Source of the DNA: an uncultured Ilumatobacteraceae bacterium
GTDB taxonomy: Bacteria; Actinomycetota; Acidimicrobiia; Acidimicrobiales; Ilumatobacteraceae
Reading direction: 5' to 3'
DNA: 61,792 nt
Assembly (NCBI GenBank): GCA_964350535.1
Contig: CAYGLH010000001.1
Span: 1 to 61,792 of the forward strand
Shown: piece after piece, positions 36,361 to 45,610 of the stretch
Numbering within the stretch: the first letter of the stretch is position 1
Layout of the letters: each line of letters starts with the position of its first letter
Notes under the pieces: model-generated
The model's database searches: none
The model's input: only the letters and a program-made list of their open reading frames with translations
Told to the model about the DNA's origin: nothing
Translations under genes and position numbers: made by a program

Positions 36361-36908
36361 GCACCGACCGCCGGCGGATCGTCGTCACCGTCGCCATCGG
36401 CGTGATCGTGGCGATCGCGATGGTGCTCTTCGGGATGGAGCCCAGACTGGTCCTGCTGGCGTGCGTCGTGGCGGCCCTGGCCGGCGCCGGCTGGTTGCTG
36501 GTCGACCTCGCGCCCGACACGGGACACATCATCTGGAACGAGCCGGATGCGTCCACCGAGACGGTGGCGGGCGCCGACCATCGCGTCCACGCGCTCCGGG
36601 CCCGGTTGCGGAGGTCGTCGCGGCCCGGTCGCCTCCCGCTGGCGAGAGCCGCCGAGTCGGCGTCGACCGACGAGATCATCAGCACGCTGCTCGCCCTGCT
36701 CGACGACCATCTGCTCGCCGAGCGCAACATCGACCGGCGGGTCGACCCCGACGCGGCAGCCGAGGCGCTCGGACCCGAGCTGGCCCGGTTCGTCGAGCAG
36801 CCCGACGCCCGCACGTCGATGACACAGCGACGCTCCCTGCCCCGTACCCTCGCCCTGATCGAGGCGTTCGTCGCCGACCCCACACCTGCCGGAGGACCCA
36901 CCGCATGA
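36357..36908 (+). CDS. Hypothetical two-TM protein (183 aa)
   Basis: ATGA overlaps at both ends (36357-36360, 36905-36908). It has two N-terminal TM helices and good codon bias. I recognise no motif. Confidence 0.6.
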   Translation: MSTDRRRIVVTVAIGVIVAIAMVLFGMEPRLVLLACVVAALAGAGWLLVDLAPDTGHIIWNEPDASTETVAGADHRVHALRARLRRSSRPGRLPLARAAESASTDEIISTLLALLDDHLLAERNIDRRVDPDAAAEALGPELARFVEQPDARTSMTQRRSLPRTLALIEAFVADPTPAGGPTA

Positions 36909-37900
36909 CCACCCTCGCCCTCGCCGATGCCTCACAGCTGGCAGGCGACGTCCTCGACGAGGTCGAGACCGCTGTCGTCGGCAAGCGCGAGTCGTTGCAA
37001 CTGGTGCTCAGCGGCATCCTCGCCGGCGGTCACGTGCTGATCGAGGACTTCCCCGGTCTCGGCAAGACGTTGGCCGCGCGCTCCTTCGCCCAGACGCTCG
37101 GCCTCGACTTCGCCCGGGCGCAGTTCACGCCCGACCTGCTCCCGGCCGATCTGACCGGTTCGTTCATCTTCGATCAACGGGCGAACGAGTTCTCGTTCCG
37201 CCGGGGGCCGCTCTTCACCGGCTTGCTGCTGGCGGACGAGATCAACCGCACGCCCCCGAAGACCCAGGCGGCGCTGCTGGAGGCGATGCAGGAGCGTCAG
37301 GTCACGGTCGAGGGCGAGACGTTTCCGCTGCCCGCACCGTTCCACGTGCTCGCCACGGCGAACCCCGTGGAGTACGAGGGCACCTACCCGCTCCCCGAGG
37401 CGCAGCTCGACCGGTTCATGCTGCGGGTCAGCTTCGGGTACCCGACGATCGACGAGGAATGGGACGTGTTGGAGCGTCGCCTGGCCCGGCGCCGAGACGA
37501 TCAGCAGCTCCGGGAGATCATCGACAGCGCCACGCTCCTGCGGATGCAAGAGGCGGTCGAGCAGGTCACGGTCGATGCCAGCGTCGGTCGCTACTGCGTC
37601 GCGCTGGCGACCGCCACGCGCGGTCATCAGAGTGTGCTCATGGGGTCGTCACCGCGCGGGTCGCTCGCCCTGATGCTCGTCGCCCGCGCCCACGCCGTCA
37701 TCGCCGGCCGCGACTTCGTCACCCCCGAAGACGTGAAAGCGGTCGCCGTCCCGGTGCTCGCCCACCGCATCGTCGTCAAGCCCGAGCTGTGGATGAGCAA
37801 CGCCAGCGGCGCGTCGGTCGTCGATGCCGTGCTGGCCGCCGTGCCCGCACCGGCCGCGCTCGAGGCGGCGGCAGGCCAGCCGTCGCCCGGCGGCGGATGA
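36905..37900 (+). CDS. MoxR-family AAA+ ATPase
   Basis: ..HVLIEDFPGLGKTLAARS.. (Walker A), ..LLLADEINRTPPKTQAALLEAMQERQVT.. (Walker B/sensor), ..ATANPVEYEGTYPLPEAQLDRF... Classic AAA_3/MoxR. Confidence 0.92.
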   Translation: MTTLALADASQLAGDVLDEVETAVVGKRESLQLVLSGILAGGHVLIEDFPGLGKTLAARSFAQTLGLDFARAQFTPDLLPADLTGSFIFDQRANEFSFRRGPLFTGLLLADEINRTPPKTQAALLEAMQERQVTVEGETFPLPAPFHVLATANPVEYEGTYPLPEAQLDRFMLRVSFGYPTIDEEWDVLERRLARRRDDQQLREIIDSATLLRMQEAVEQVTVDASVGRYCVALATATRGHQSVLMGSSPRGSLALMLVARAHAVIAGRDFVTPEDVKAVAVPVLAHRIVVKPELWMSNASGASVVDAVLAAVPAPAALEAAAGQPSPGGG

Positions 37901-37912
37901 CCGGTTGAGTCG

Positions 37913-39214
37913 ATGAACGAGGTCGCCGGGCGGTGGAGGGCGAGCCCTGCCCACTTCCGTGCCGTGGCGGTCGGCGTCGTCGGCGTCACCGTGGCGGTGC
38001 TGTTCCGACGACCCGACCTGCTCGTCCTCGCCGCGCCGTTCGCGGTCGTCGCGGTGTGGTCGTCGGTGGTGCGTCCGCCGGCCGACACCGTCGTCGAGAG
38101 CCGGATCACCCCCGACACGTTCCGGGAGGGCGAGGCGACGACGTGGCGCGGCGTCATGTCCGACGACCGCGGCCTCGACCACCTCGTCGGATATGTGCCC
38201 GAGCGCGAGTGGCTGGAGACGCGACCGCCGTCCGGCGTCGTCGTCGCCCCGGCTGCAGGTGGTGACCTCGTCGACCGGGTCGAGGTCCCGATCCGGGCGA
38301 CCCACTGGGGCACGCATCGCGTCGGGCCGATCAACGTCGTCGGGGTCGGCGCATGGGGCGCATTCCGATGGCGCGGCGTCGACGGCGCGGCGCGGGTGCG
38401 GATCCTCCCCCTGCCCGCGGTGTTCGACGCGGCGGCACCGATGCACCGCGCCACGGGACTCGTCGGGTTGGCGCGTTCAGCGCGCCCGGGGGAGGGCAGC
38501 GAGTTCGCCGGCATCCGCACGTTCCAGGCGGGCGACCGACTGCGTCGCATCAACTGGCCGCGTTCGCTGCGCAGCGGCGAGCTCCACGTCACCGCCACCT
38601 ATGCCGATCAGGACCATCACGTCGCGCTGTTCGTCGACGCGCTCTCGGACTTCGGGATCTCGGAGGGGATCGACGGTGCCGCGTCGAGCCTCGACACCGC
38701 CGTCCGTGCCGCCGGCGCGATCGCGGCCCACTTCCTGCGGCGCGGCGACCGGGTGTCACTGACCGTGCTCGGTGGGTGGCGGCCGGTGAGCATCCCGGCG
38801 GCGACCGGCCAGCGTCATCTCCGACGGATCCTCGACACCCTGGCAGCCGTCGAACCCGGGCGCGATCGTCGTGGAACCGCGATCGCTGCCCGACCGATCG
38901 CGCTGTCAGGCGACGCGATGGCGGTGATGATGTCGCCGCTCATCTCGCCGTACGCACTCGAACGGGCGATCTCGATCGCCAGCCACGGCCTGACCGTCGC
39001 GGTCGTCGACACGCTGCCCGACGACGTGCACGTCGACGACGACGATCACACTGCCTTGGCGTGGCGGATCCGCCTGCTCGAGCGGCGCGGGGAGATCCGC
39101 GCGGTGCGCAAGGCCGGGGTGCCGGTCGTCGCGTGGCGCGGTGCGGGAAGTCTCGATCCGTTCCTGCACGAGATCGCTCGTCGGTCGAGCGCGCCGAGGA
39201 TGGCCCGGCGATGA
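37913..39214 (+). CDS. DUF58-domain protein (MoxR partner), membrane anchored
   Basis: It has an N-terminal TM hairpin. The DUF58 core is ..RPGEGSEFAGIRTFQAGDRLRRINWPRS...HVALFVDA... Confidence 0.85.
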   Translation: MNEVAGRWRASPAHFRAVAVGVVGVTVAVLFRRPDLLVLAAPFAVVAVWSSVVRPPADTVVESRITPDTFREGEATTWRGVMSDDRGLDHLVGYVPEREWLETRPPSGVVVAPAAGGDLVDRVEVPIRATHWGTHRVGPINVVGVGAWGAFRWRGVDGAARVRILPLPAVFDAAAPMHRATGLVGLARSARPGEGSEFAGIRTFQAGDRLRRINWPRSLRSGELHVTATYADQDHHVALFVDALSDFGISEGIDGAASSLDTAVRAAGAIAAHFLRRGDRVSLTVLGGWRPVSIPAATGQRHLRRILDTLAAVEPGRDRRGTAIAARPIALSGDAMAVMMSPLISPYALERAISIASHGLTVAVVDTLPDDVHVDDDDHTALAWRIRLLERRGEIRAVRKAGVPVVAWRGAGSLDPFLHEIARRSSAPRMARR

Positions 39215-39753
39215 ACCCGTCGGCGCTGCAGCGATGGGTCGACGAACTGTTGGCGTCGAGCGCGCAGCAGTGGGTGATCAGGCTCCTCTCCATCGCGGCC
39301 GCGCTGGGCGCGATGGCAGCGGCCGGCGTGGCCAGCGACGGCGGGTGGCCGTTCGGCCTGGTGCTCGTCGGCGCGCTCGCGGCGGCGTCGGCGGTGCGCC
39401 CCGACACGCACGCCGGCCTGCTCGTCGTGGCCGTCGTGTCGTGGCACTGGATGGCGACGGTCGACGATGTCGTCTCGGCGTGGTTGCCGGTCGCAGCGGT
39501 CTCGCTGCTCGTGTTCCACACGGCGACGGCGCTGGCGGCGAGCGTGCCGAACGGCGGCGTCGTGCCGACGATCGTCGTCGCTCGGTGGGCGTGGCGGGCG
39601 GCGATGGTCGCCGTCGGCGTCGTCGCGTTGTGGGCGCTGGTCGTGGTGTTCGACGGACGCGATGCGGCGGGGAACGGGGCGCTCACCGCGGTGGCCCTCG
39701 TGATCGTCGCGGCGACGGCCGCGTTCGTCCGGTCGCGCAGCCTCACCCGCTGA
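39211..39753 (+). CDS. Hypothetical polytopic membrane protein (180 aa)
   Basis: ATGA overlap at 39211-39214. It has 4-5 predicted TM helices, good codon bias and no recognisable motif. Confidence 0.6.
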   Translation: MNPSALQRWVDELLASSAQQWVIRLLSIAAALGAMAAAGVASDGGWPFGLVLVGALAAASAVRPDTHAGLLVVAVVSWHWMATVDDVVSAWLPVAAVSLLVFHTATALAASVPNGGVVPTIVVARWAWRAAMVAVGVVALWALVVVFDGRDAAGNGALTAVALVIVAATAAFVRSRSLTR

Positions 39754-39764
39754 GCGGCGGCCGC

Positions 39765-40955
39765 TCAATTGCGGGTGGAGCGCAGGGCCTCGGTCCACCC
39801 GATGCGGGCACCGCGGCGCAGGACGAGGTTGGTGTAGATGCGGCCGGCGTACACGGCGACCAGTGCGGTGGCCAGCGCCATCCCGGCGATCGACACGAGG
39901 ATCTCGACGACCGAGGCGCTGCCCGCGGCGACACGCAGCGGCATGATCAGCGGCGTGAACGGCGGGATCAGCGAGAGGACGCGGGCAACGGTGAGGTCGG
40001 GGTCGTAGGCGAAGATGAACACGCTGAGGTAGACCGCCATCAGCAGCATCGTCACCGGCGTCGCAGCGGCCTGGGCGTCCTCCTGCCGGCTGACCATCGC
40101 GCCGGCCATGGCGTAGAGGAACGAGTACATCCCGAACCCGCCGACGAACCAGATGAGCATCGACGGGAGCGCAGTCCACAGGGCAGACGGGATCTCGGCG
40201 CCCGAGATCGCCAGCGCGCCGACCGCGCAGGCGACGATGATCGTGAGCTGGGCCAGCGCGACCAGCCCGATGCCGATGACCTTGCCGGTGAGCAGCGCCG
40301 TGGCCCGGACCCGGGCGAGCAGGACCTCGACGACGGCGGTCGCCTTCTCCTCGACCACGCCCATCAGGATGTAGGAGCCGTAGATCTGCACGGCGATGAA
40401 CAGGGCGATCGACGAGAACATCCCGATCAGCGTCGACAGGTCGTCGCCGTCGTCGTCGCCGTCGGGGTCGATCGACTCGGCCGTCAGCCCGTTCGCACCG
40501 ATGATCGCCTCGATCTCGTCGGGCGACACGCCGGCGTCGACCAGCCCGGCCTGCACGCCGGCGCTCGTCCAGGCCTGCTGCAGGAGGGGCTGCAGACCAC
40601 CGTCGACGTCGCCCGCGTACAACGCCGTGCCGCCGTCGTCGTCGGGCACGAGCGCCACGTCGGCGTCGCCGTCGTCCAGTGCCCGTCGGGCCGCCGCCGC
40701 GTCGGGTGCGTCGGTCACCTCGATGTCGTAGTTGCTGACGTCGCCGAGCTGTGGCAGCACCTCGGCGAGCTGGGCCGGTGCGCCGTCGACCACCACGACG
40801 TCGACGCCGGTGCGGTCGTCGATGTTGACGAAGCGGGCGATGATCCCGACCGCCAGCACGGCGAGCACGGCGATCACCGTGGACACGTACCACGCCTTGC
40901 CGCGGAACCGCTGCACGATCTCGCGCCGGGCGACGAGGAGGGTCGCGCCGCTCAT
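39765..40955 (-). CDS. ABC-2 family permease (NatB-like) with large acidic extracytoplasmic loop
   Basis: ATGA overlap with the upstream ATPase gene at 40952-40955. It has an N-terminal TM, a loop of about 150 aa (..DPDGDDDGDD..), then 5 TM helices. Confidence 0.8.
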   Translation of the reverse strand: MSGATLLVARREIVQRFRGKAWYVSTVIAVLAVLAVGIIARFVNIDDRTGVDVVVVDGAPAQLAEVLPQLGDVSNYDIEVTDAPDAAAARRALDDGDADVALVPDDDGGTALYAGDVDGGLQPLLQQAWTSAGVQAGLVDAGVSPDEIEAIIGANGLTAESIDPDGDDDGDDLSTLIGMFSSIALFIAVQIYGSYILMGVVEEKATAVVEVLLARVRATALLTGKVIGIGLVALAQLTIIVACAVGALAISGAEIPSALWTALPSMLIWFVGGFGMYSFLYAMAGAMVSRQEDAQAAATPVTMLLMAVYLSVFIFAYDPDLTVARVLSLIPPFTPLIMPLRVAAGSASVVEILVSIAGMALATALVAVYAGRIYTNLVLRRGARIGWTEALRSTRN

Positions 40956-41881
40956 GCCCCACCTGTTCCGAACGTGCCAGACCCCTGCGTTGCAGGTTCG
41001 GCGACGGCGGCGATGAACACCTCGGAGAGGTCGGGCGGGCTGTACGTGAACCCCGCCACCGTGCCCGCTCGCGCGGCATCGGCGAGCACCTCGCCGGGGG
41101 CGATCGTCGTCGGCACCTCGATGCGCGTCGCCCGTGCGTCCACGGACCGGACGGTCGCCTCGGCCATCGATGGCGTCCACTCGGTCTCGTCGGCGAAGTC
41201 GACCGAGACGTAGCGGATCGGCGACGCCTGGCGGATCGCAGCGACCTCGCCGCGCAGCACCACCGATCCTGCGTTGACGATGCTCACCGCCGAGCACACG
41301 TCGGCCACCAGGTCGAGTTGGTGGCTGCTGAGCAGCAGCGCGGTGCCCTGCCGGACCTGCTCGCGCAGCACCTCGGCGAGGTTCTCGACCGCCAGCGGGT
41401 CGAGACCGGAGAAGGGTTCGTCGAGCACCAGCAGCTCGGGCCCGGTCATCAGCGCCAACGCCAGTTGGACGCGTTGCTGGTTGCCGCTCGACAGGTCCTG
41501 CACCTCGCTGTCGCGGCGGGCCGCGATGTCGAGCCGTTCCATCCACTCGTCGGCGGCCCGCGTCGCTCCCGCCGCGTCGAACCCGGAGAGGCGGGCGTAG
41601 TACTCGAGGTGCTCACCGACGCGCATGCGCGGGTACATCCCGCGCTCGGCGGGCATGTACCCGAACCGCTCCCGGGTGGCGTCGTCGATCGGTCCGTCGC
41701 GCCAGGTCACGGTTCCCGCGTCGAGCTCGATCAGCCGCATGATCGCCCGCATCGTGGTCGTCTTGCCGGCGCCGTTCGGGCCGAGGAAGCCGACCATCTC
41801 GCCGGGCGCGACGTCGAGGTCGACACCGTCGAGGGCGATGACGTCACCGAAGCGCTTGTGGAGTCCCCGGACGCGCAGCAT
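40952..41881 (-). CDS. ABC transporter ATP-binding protein (NatA-like)
   Basis: MLRVRGLHKRFG.., Walker A GPNGAGKTT, signature LSSGNQQRV, Walker B LLVLDEPFSGLD. ATG at 41881. Confidence 0.9.
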   Translation of the reverse strand: MLRVRGLHKRFGDVIALDGVDLDVAPGEMVGFLGPNGAGKTTTMRAIMRLIELDAGTVTWRDGPIDDATRERFGYMPAERGMYPRMRVGEHLEYYARLSGFDAAGATRAADEWMERLDIAARRDSEVQDLSSGNQQRVQLALALMTGPELLVLDEPFSGLDPLAVENLAEVLREQVRQGTALLLSSHQLDLVADVCSAVSIVNAGSVVLRGEVAAIRQASPIRYVSVDFADETEWTPSMAEATVRSVDARATRIEVPTTIAPGEVLADAARAGTVAGFTYSPPDLSEVFIAAVAEPATQGSGTFGTGGA

Positions 41882-41916
41882 CGCCCCGCACCCTAGGAGG
41901 CGGTTCCAGCGGTGCC

Positions 41917-42417
41917 ATGTCGGAGCGGCGATCGCCGTGGCACGCTGGCGTGATGGCACGCACGAGCGCCGGGCTGTTGTTGCACCGCGGATCGGGGCCC
42001 GGACGCGAGGTGCTCCTGGTCCATCCTGGCGGTCCGTACTGGGCGCGCAAGGACGACGGTGCCTGGTCGATCCCGAAGGGCGAGTTCGGCCCGGACGAGG
42101 ATCCGCTGGTCGCCGCACGACGCGAGTTCGTCGAGGAGCTCGGTCGCGCCCCGGACTCGGTCGCCGAACCCGTCGACCTCGGCGAGGTCACGCAGCAGGG
42201 AGGCAAGCGCGTCCTGGTGTGGGCACTCGAAGGTGACTTCGATGCCGCGACGATGGTCAGCAACACCTTCGAGATGGAGTGGCCGCCGAAGTCGGGCCGG
42301 ATGCAACGCTTCCCGGAGTGCGACCGTGCCGAGTGGTGCACACTCGAGACGGCGACGCGGAAGTTGCTCGGCGCGCAGCGACCGTTCCTCGAGCGCCTCG
42401 CCGCGCTGGTCGACTGA
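41917..42417 (+). CDS. NUDIX hydrolase
   Basis: Nudix box GEFGPDEDPLVAARREFVEELG (GX5EX7REUXEEXGU). The alternative start ATG 41953 is possible. Confidence 0.8.
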   Translation: MSERRSPWHAGVMARTSAGLLLHRGSGPGREVLLVHPGGPYWARKDDGAWSIPKGEFGPDEDPLVAARREFVEELGRAPDSVAEPVDLGEVTQQGGKRVLVWALEGDFDAATMVSNTFEMEWPPKSGRMQRFPECDRAEWCTLETATRKLLGAQRPFLERLAALVD

Positions 42418-42420
42418 GGT

Positions 42421-43755
42421 TCATCCGCGAGCGCGTGCCGAGGTGAGGATCTCGGCCGCCCAGTTGGCGACCTTCTCCCCGGGGATCGCCCCGCGTGAGG
42501 GCCACGGCGTGTCGAGATCGACGAGCCGGCCTTGGGACACGACGGCGCGCAGGTTGCTCCGGTCCTGCAGGAGACGTACGTCGGCGGCGACCTCGCCGTC
42601 GACGACGAGCACGTCGGCCCGACATCCCTCGGCGATCACGCCGAGCTCGCCGCTCATCTTCATCGCCAGCGCGTTGTTGCTGGTCGCACACGCCACCGCC
42701 TCCGCGCCGGACATGCCCAACTCGTCCACGAACACTTCCAGCTCACGGGCGTGCCAGTGGCCGTACGGCGTGAGGGCGAACCCGCTCTCCGACCCGCACA
42801 GCAGACGCACACCTGCGTCGTGGGCGCGACGCATCATCTTCGCCGTCGCCTCGATCTCGCCGCGAAAGACGTCGGTCATCCCGATCCCTGCACCGACCCG
42901 CTCGCCGTGATCGGCGAGGTTGGCGAGGAAGGTGAACGTCGGGCAGATGGCCGCACCTGCGTCGACCACGGCCTCCAGCGCGTCCTCGTCGAAGAACGAC
43001 GCGTGCAGGATCAGATCGACGCCCGCCAACGCCGCGTCACGTGTGGACGACGAGCTCCGACAGTGCGCGGTGACCGGGACCCCGAGGTCGTGCGCCGTGT
43101 CGCACACCGCCTTCATCTCGTCGAGGGTCCACACCTGCAACTCACCCTGGTGCGACGGGATCGAGCCCGTGGCGTGGATCTTGATCCAGTCGGCGCCGGC
43201 CTTGATCTGGCGGCGTGTGGTGGTGACCATCTCGTCGCGCGTGTTGACCACCCGGGCGTAGCCGACCTCACCCTCGTCGGGGATCAGCCGCCCGGCGGTG
43301 CCGCCCACCGACGTGAGGAGCGCTTGGACACCCGTCGCGATGCGCGGCCCCGGGAACGCGCCCGAACGGACCACGTCGCGCACCTGGGGGCCGACACCGG
43401 CGACGGTGTCGGGATCCATGAACGACGTGACGCCCGCGAGCAGCAGCTTCGGCAGGTTGAACGCCGTGAGCAGGGCCGCCGTGACCGGTGGACGGTGGAA
43501 GAACAGCTCGTCGTTCGACTGCACGTCGTCGAAGGTGATGTGGCAATGGGCATCGATCAGTCCGGGCATCACCGTCGCGCCGGCACCGTCGATCACGGTC
43601 GCCGAGGCGGGGACGCGGTCGTCGAGGCTGCCGGTCGGGCCGACCGCCGTGATCGCGTCGCCGTCGGTGACCACGTCGACGCCGGGTACCGGCGGCGCTC
43701 CGGTGCCGTCGAGCAGCGTGGCGTTGCGTACGTGAACGGGCGTGTCGGTCAGCAT
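42421..43755 (-). CDS. Metal-dependent amidohydrolase (amidohydrolase_1 / imidazolonepropionase-like)
   Basis: ..VMPGLIDAHCHI.. (HxH), ..KIHATG.., ..VTAHC.. . It is the C-terminal 444 aa of track ORF 42421..44802. ATG at 43755. Confidence 0.85.
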   Translation of the reverse strand: MLTDTPVHVRNATLLDGTGAPPVPGVDVVTDGDAITAVGPTGSLDDRVPASATVIDGAGATVMPGLIDAHCHITFDDVQSNDELFFHRPPVTAALLTAFNLPKLLLAGVTSFMDPDTVAGVGPQVRDVVRSGAFPGPRIATGVQALLTSVGGTAGRLIPDEGEVGYARVVNTRDEMVTTTRRQIKAGADWIKIHATGSIPSHQGELQVWTLDEMKAVCDTAHDLGVPVTAHCRSSSSTRDAALAGVDLILHASFFDEDALEAVVDAGAAICPTFTFLANLADHGERVGAGIGMTDVFRGEIEATAKMMRRAHDAGVRLLCGSESGFALTPYGHWHARELEVFVDELGMSGAEAVACATSNNALAMKMSGELGVIAEGCRADVLVVDGEVAADVRLLQDRSNLRAVVSQGRLVDLDTPWPSRGAIPGEKVANWAAEILTSARARG

Positions 43756-44795
43756 CGTGGGCCGTCCTCGGGAGCAGCGTAGTCCTGGCGATGCTCGGCT
43801 CCGTCCCGCCGATCGCCCGTGGGGACGAGGTCGGGGCGTCGCAGCAATCGCGCCGCGTTGGTGTCGTAGTCGTCGACGAAGTGGATGTGGTCGGGCTCGG
43901 TCGGCGCATCCCACCCGGCGAGGTTGGTGCCGACGACGAGGCGGTCGCGTCCGACCTTGCGCTCGAGCAGCGCGAGCGCATCGTCGTCGTGGACGTGCTG
44001 GTCGAACCACAGGCGGCGCAGGCCGCCGGCGACGTCCACCGGCCGGTCCCTGGCCCACGGCCGACTCCGACCTTGGTGGTGCAGGCGGTCGGCCATGAAG
44101 GCGCTCGCACCGCCGCCGTGGGAGAGGCACACGTCGAGCTCGGGATGCCGGTCGAGCACGCCGCCGAACAACAGACACGCCACGGCGAGGGTCTCCTCGT
44201 ACAGGAAGCCGAGCGACAGGTCGAGGTCGTACTTGCGGATCCTGGCGTCGCGCAACGGGCCGTCGATGCCGCTCGGAGCGGGATGGATGAACACCGGGAC
44301 GTCCAGCTCGACGGCGGTCGCCCAGAACGGATCGAGCGCGTCGTCGTCGAAGTCGGTGCCGAAGTCGGTGCCGATGTACGCGCCGAGCAGACCGAGGTCG
44401 CCGACCGCCCGTCGCAGCTCGACGATCGACGCCTCGATGTCCTGCATCGGCAGCTGGGCGAACCCGGCCAGCCGGTCGGGGTGCGCGGCGACGACGGTGG
44501 CGAGCTCGTCGTTGTGCCAGCGGCAGAACCCGGCTGCCGTGTCGGCATCGATGTGGTGGAAGTACGTGATCGGGTTGGGCGACAGCACCTGGACATCGAT
44601 GCCGAGGTGGTCGTTCAGCGCGAGGCGTCGGTCGACGTCCATGAAGGGCGTGTCGGTGTAGTCGACGCCGTCGAGCACGTAGTCGCCGACGCGGAACCGG
44701 GGCCGTCCCTCGGGTCCGATGCCGAGCTCGGGTCCGTAGTGGCCGGCACAGCCCATGACGCCGGGCAACACGACGTGCGCGTGCACGTCGATCAT
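43749..44795 (-). CDS. Amidohydrolase-2 family protein (ACMSD-like decarboxylase/hydrolase)
   Basis: N-terminal MIDVHAHVV.., ..VFIHP.., ..LSHGGG.. are typical of PF04909-type TIM-barrel metalloenzymes. It overlaps the downstream gene by 7 nt. Confidence 0.85.
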   Translation of the reverse strand: MIDVHAHVVLPGVMGCAGHYGPELGIGPEGRPRFRVGDYVLDGVDYTDTPFMDVDRRLALNDHLGIDVQVLSPNPITYFHHIDADTAAGFCRWHNDELATVVAAHPDRLAGFAQLPMQDIEASIVELRRAVGDLGLLGAYIGTDFGTDFDDDALDPFWATAVELDVPVFIHPAPSGIDGPLRDARIRKYDLDLSLGFLYEETLAVACLLFGGVLDRHPELDVCLSHGGGASAFMADRLHHQGRSRPWARDRPVDVAGGLRRLWFDQHVHDDDALALLERKVGRDRLVVGTNLAGWDAPTEPDHIHFVDDYDTNAARLLRRPDLVPTGDRRDGAEHRQDYAAPEDGPRC

Positions 44796-44824
44796 CGGGC
44801 ACCCCCGGCGCCTACGCTGCCCGC

Positions 44825-45610
44825 GTGGCGCGCCCGCACCTCAGCCTGGCTGCCGGGACGATGTTGGACGCCGGCCCGATCGATCTGATCGACGCTGCGG
44901 CGGCAGCGGGGTTCGACGGGGTGGGCCTGCGGCTGTCCGCCGACCACGACCCCGGGCGCAGCGGCCGCGACGCGGCATCCGTCGCGGCGCATGCGCGTCG
45001 ACGCGGGGTGTCGGTCGACGATGTGGAGGTCCACCGCATCGGGACCGACGACGGCGCCGCGCCGCTGCTCGACGCGGCGGTCGTGGTCGGCGCGTCGCGG
45101 GTGCTCGTGGTGTCGGACCGCGGCGAACGGTCGGCGACGATCGCTGGCTTGCGTGACGTCGTCGCGGCCGCCGGCGAGCGAGGTCTCACCGTCGGCCTCG
45201 AGTACATGGCGTGGACGGATCCGTCGTCGCCGCTCGAGGCGCTGCAGGTCGCGGACGAGACCGGGTGCGGGGTCGTCGTGGACCTGTTGCACCACGTTCG
45301 CGTCGGCGCCGGCGTCGCAGAGCTGGAGGCGATCGTGGCGAGCGGTCGACTCGCGTGGGTGCAGCTGTGCGACGGCCCGAGCGTCGCACCGCGCGACCTG
45401 CTCCACGAGGCGCGTCACCATCGGCTCGCGCCCGGCGCGGGCGACCTGCCGCTCGTCGACCTGCTCGCGGTGGTACCGCCCGCCGTACCACTGAGCGTCG
45501 AGGTGCAGAGCGACGCGCTGGCTGCCGGACACCTCCCGGCCGAGCGGGCGATGATCCTCGCCGCTGCCACGGGGGCCGTCCTCGCTCAACTCCCGAACAC
45601 CACCGGGTAG
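44825..45610 (+). CDS. Sugar phosphate isomerase/epimerase (xylose-isomerase-like TIM barrel)
   Basis: ..AAGFDGVGLR.., ..LTVGLEYM.., ..VVDLLH.. pattern. GTG start at 44825. The 3' end overlaps the convergent P450 gene by 25 nt. Confidence 0.78.
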   Translation: MARPHLSLAAGTMLDAGPIDLIDAAAAAGFDGVGLRLSADHDPGRSGRDAASVAAHARRRGVSVDDVEVHRIGTDDGAAPLLDAAVVVGASRVLVVSDRGERSATIAGLRDVVAAAGERGLTVGLEYMAWTDPSSPLEALQVADETGCGVVVDLLHHVRVGAGVAELEAIVASGRLAWVQLCDGPSVAPRDLLHEARHHRLAPGAGDLPLVDLLAVVPPAVPLSVEVQSDALAAGHLPAERAMILAAATGAVLAQLPNTTG

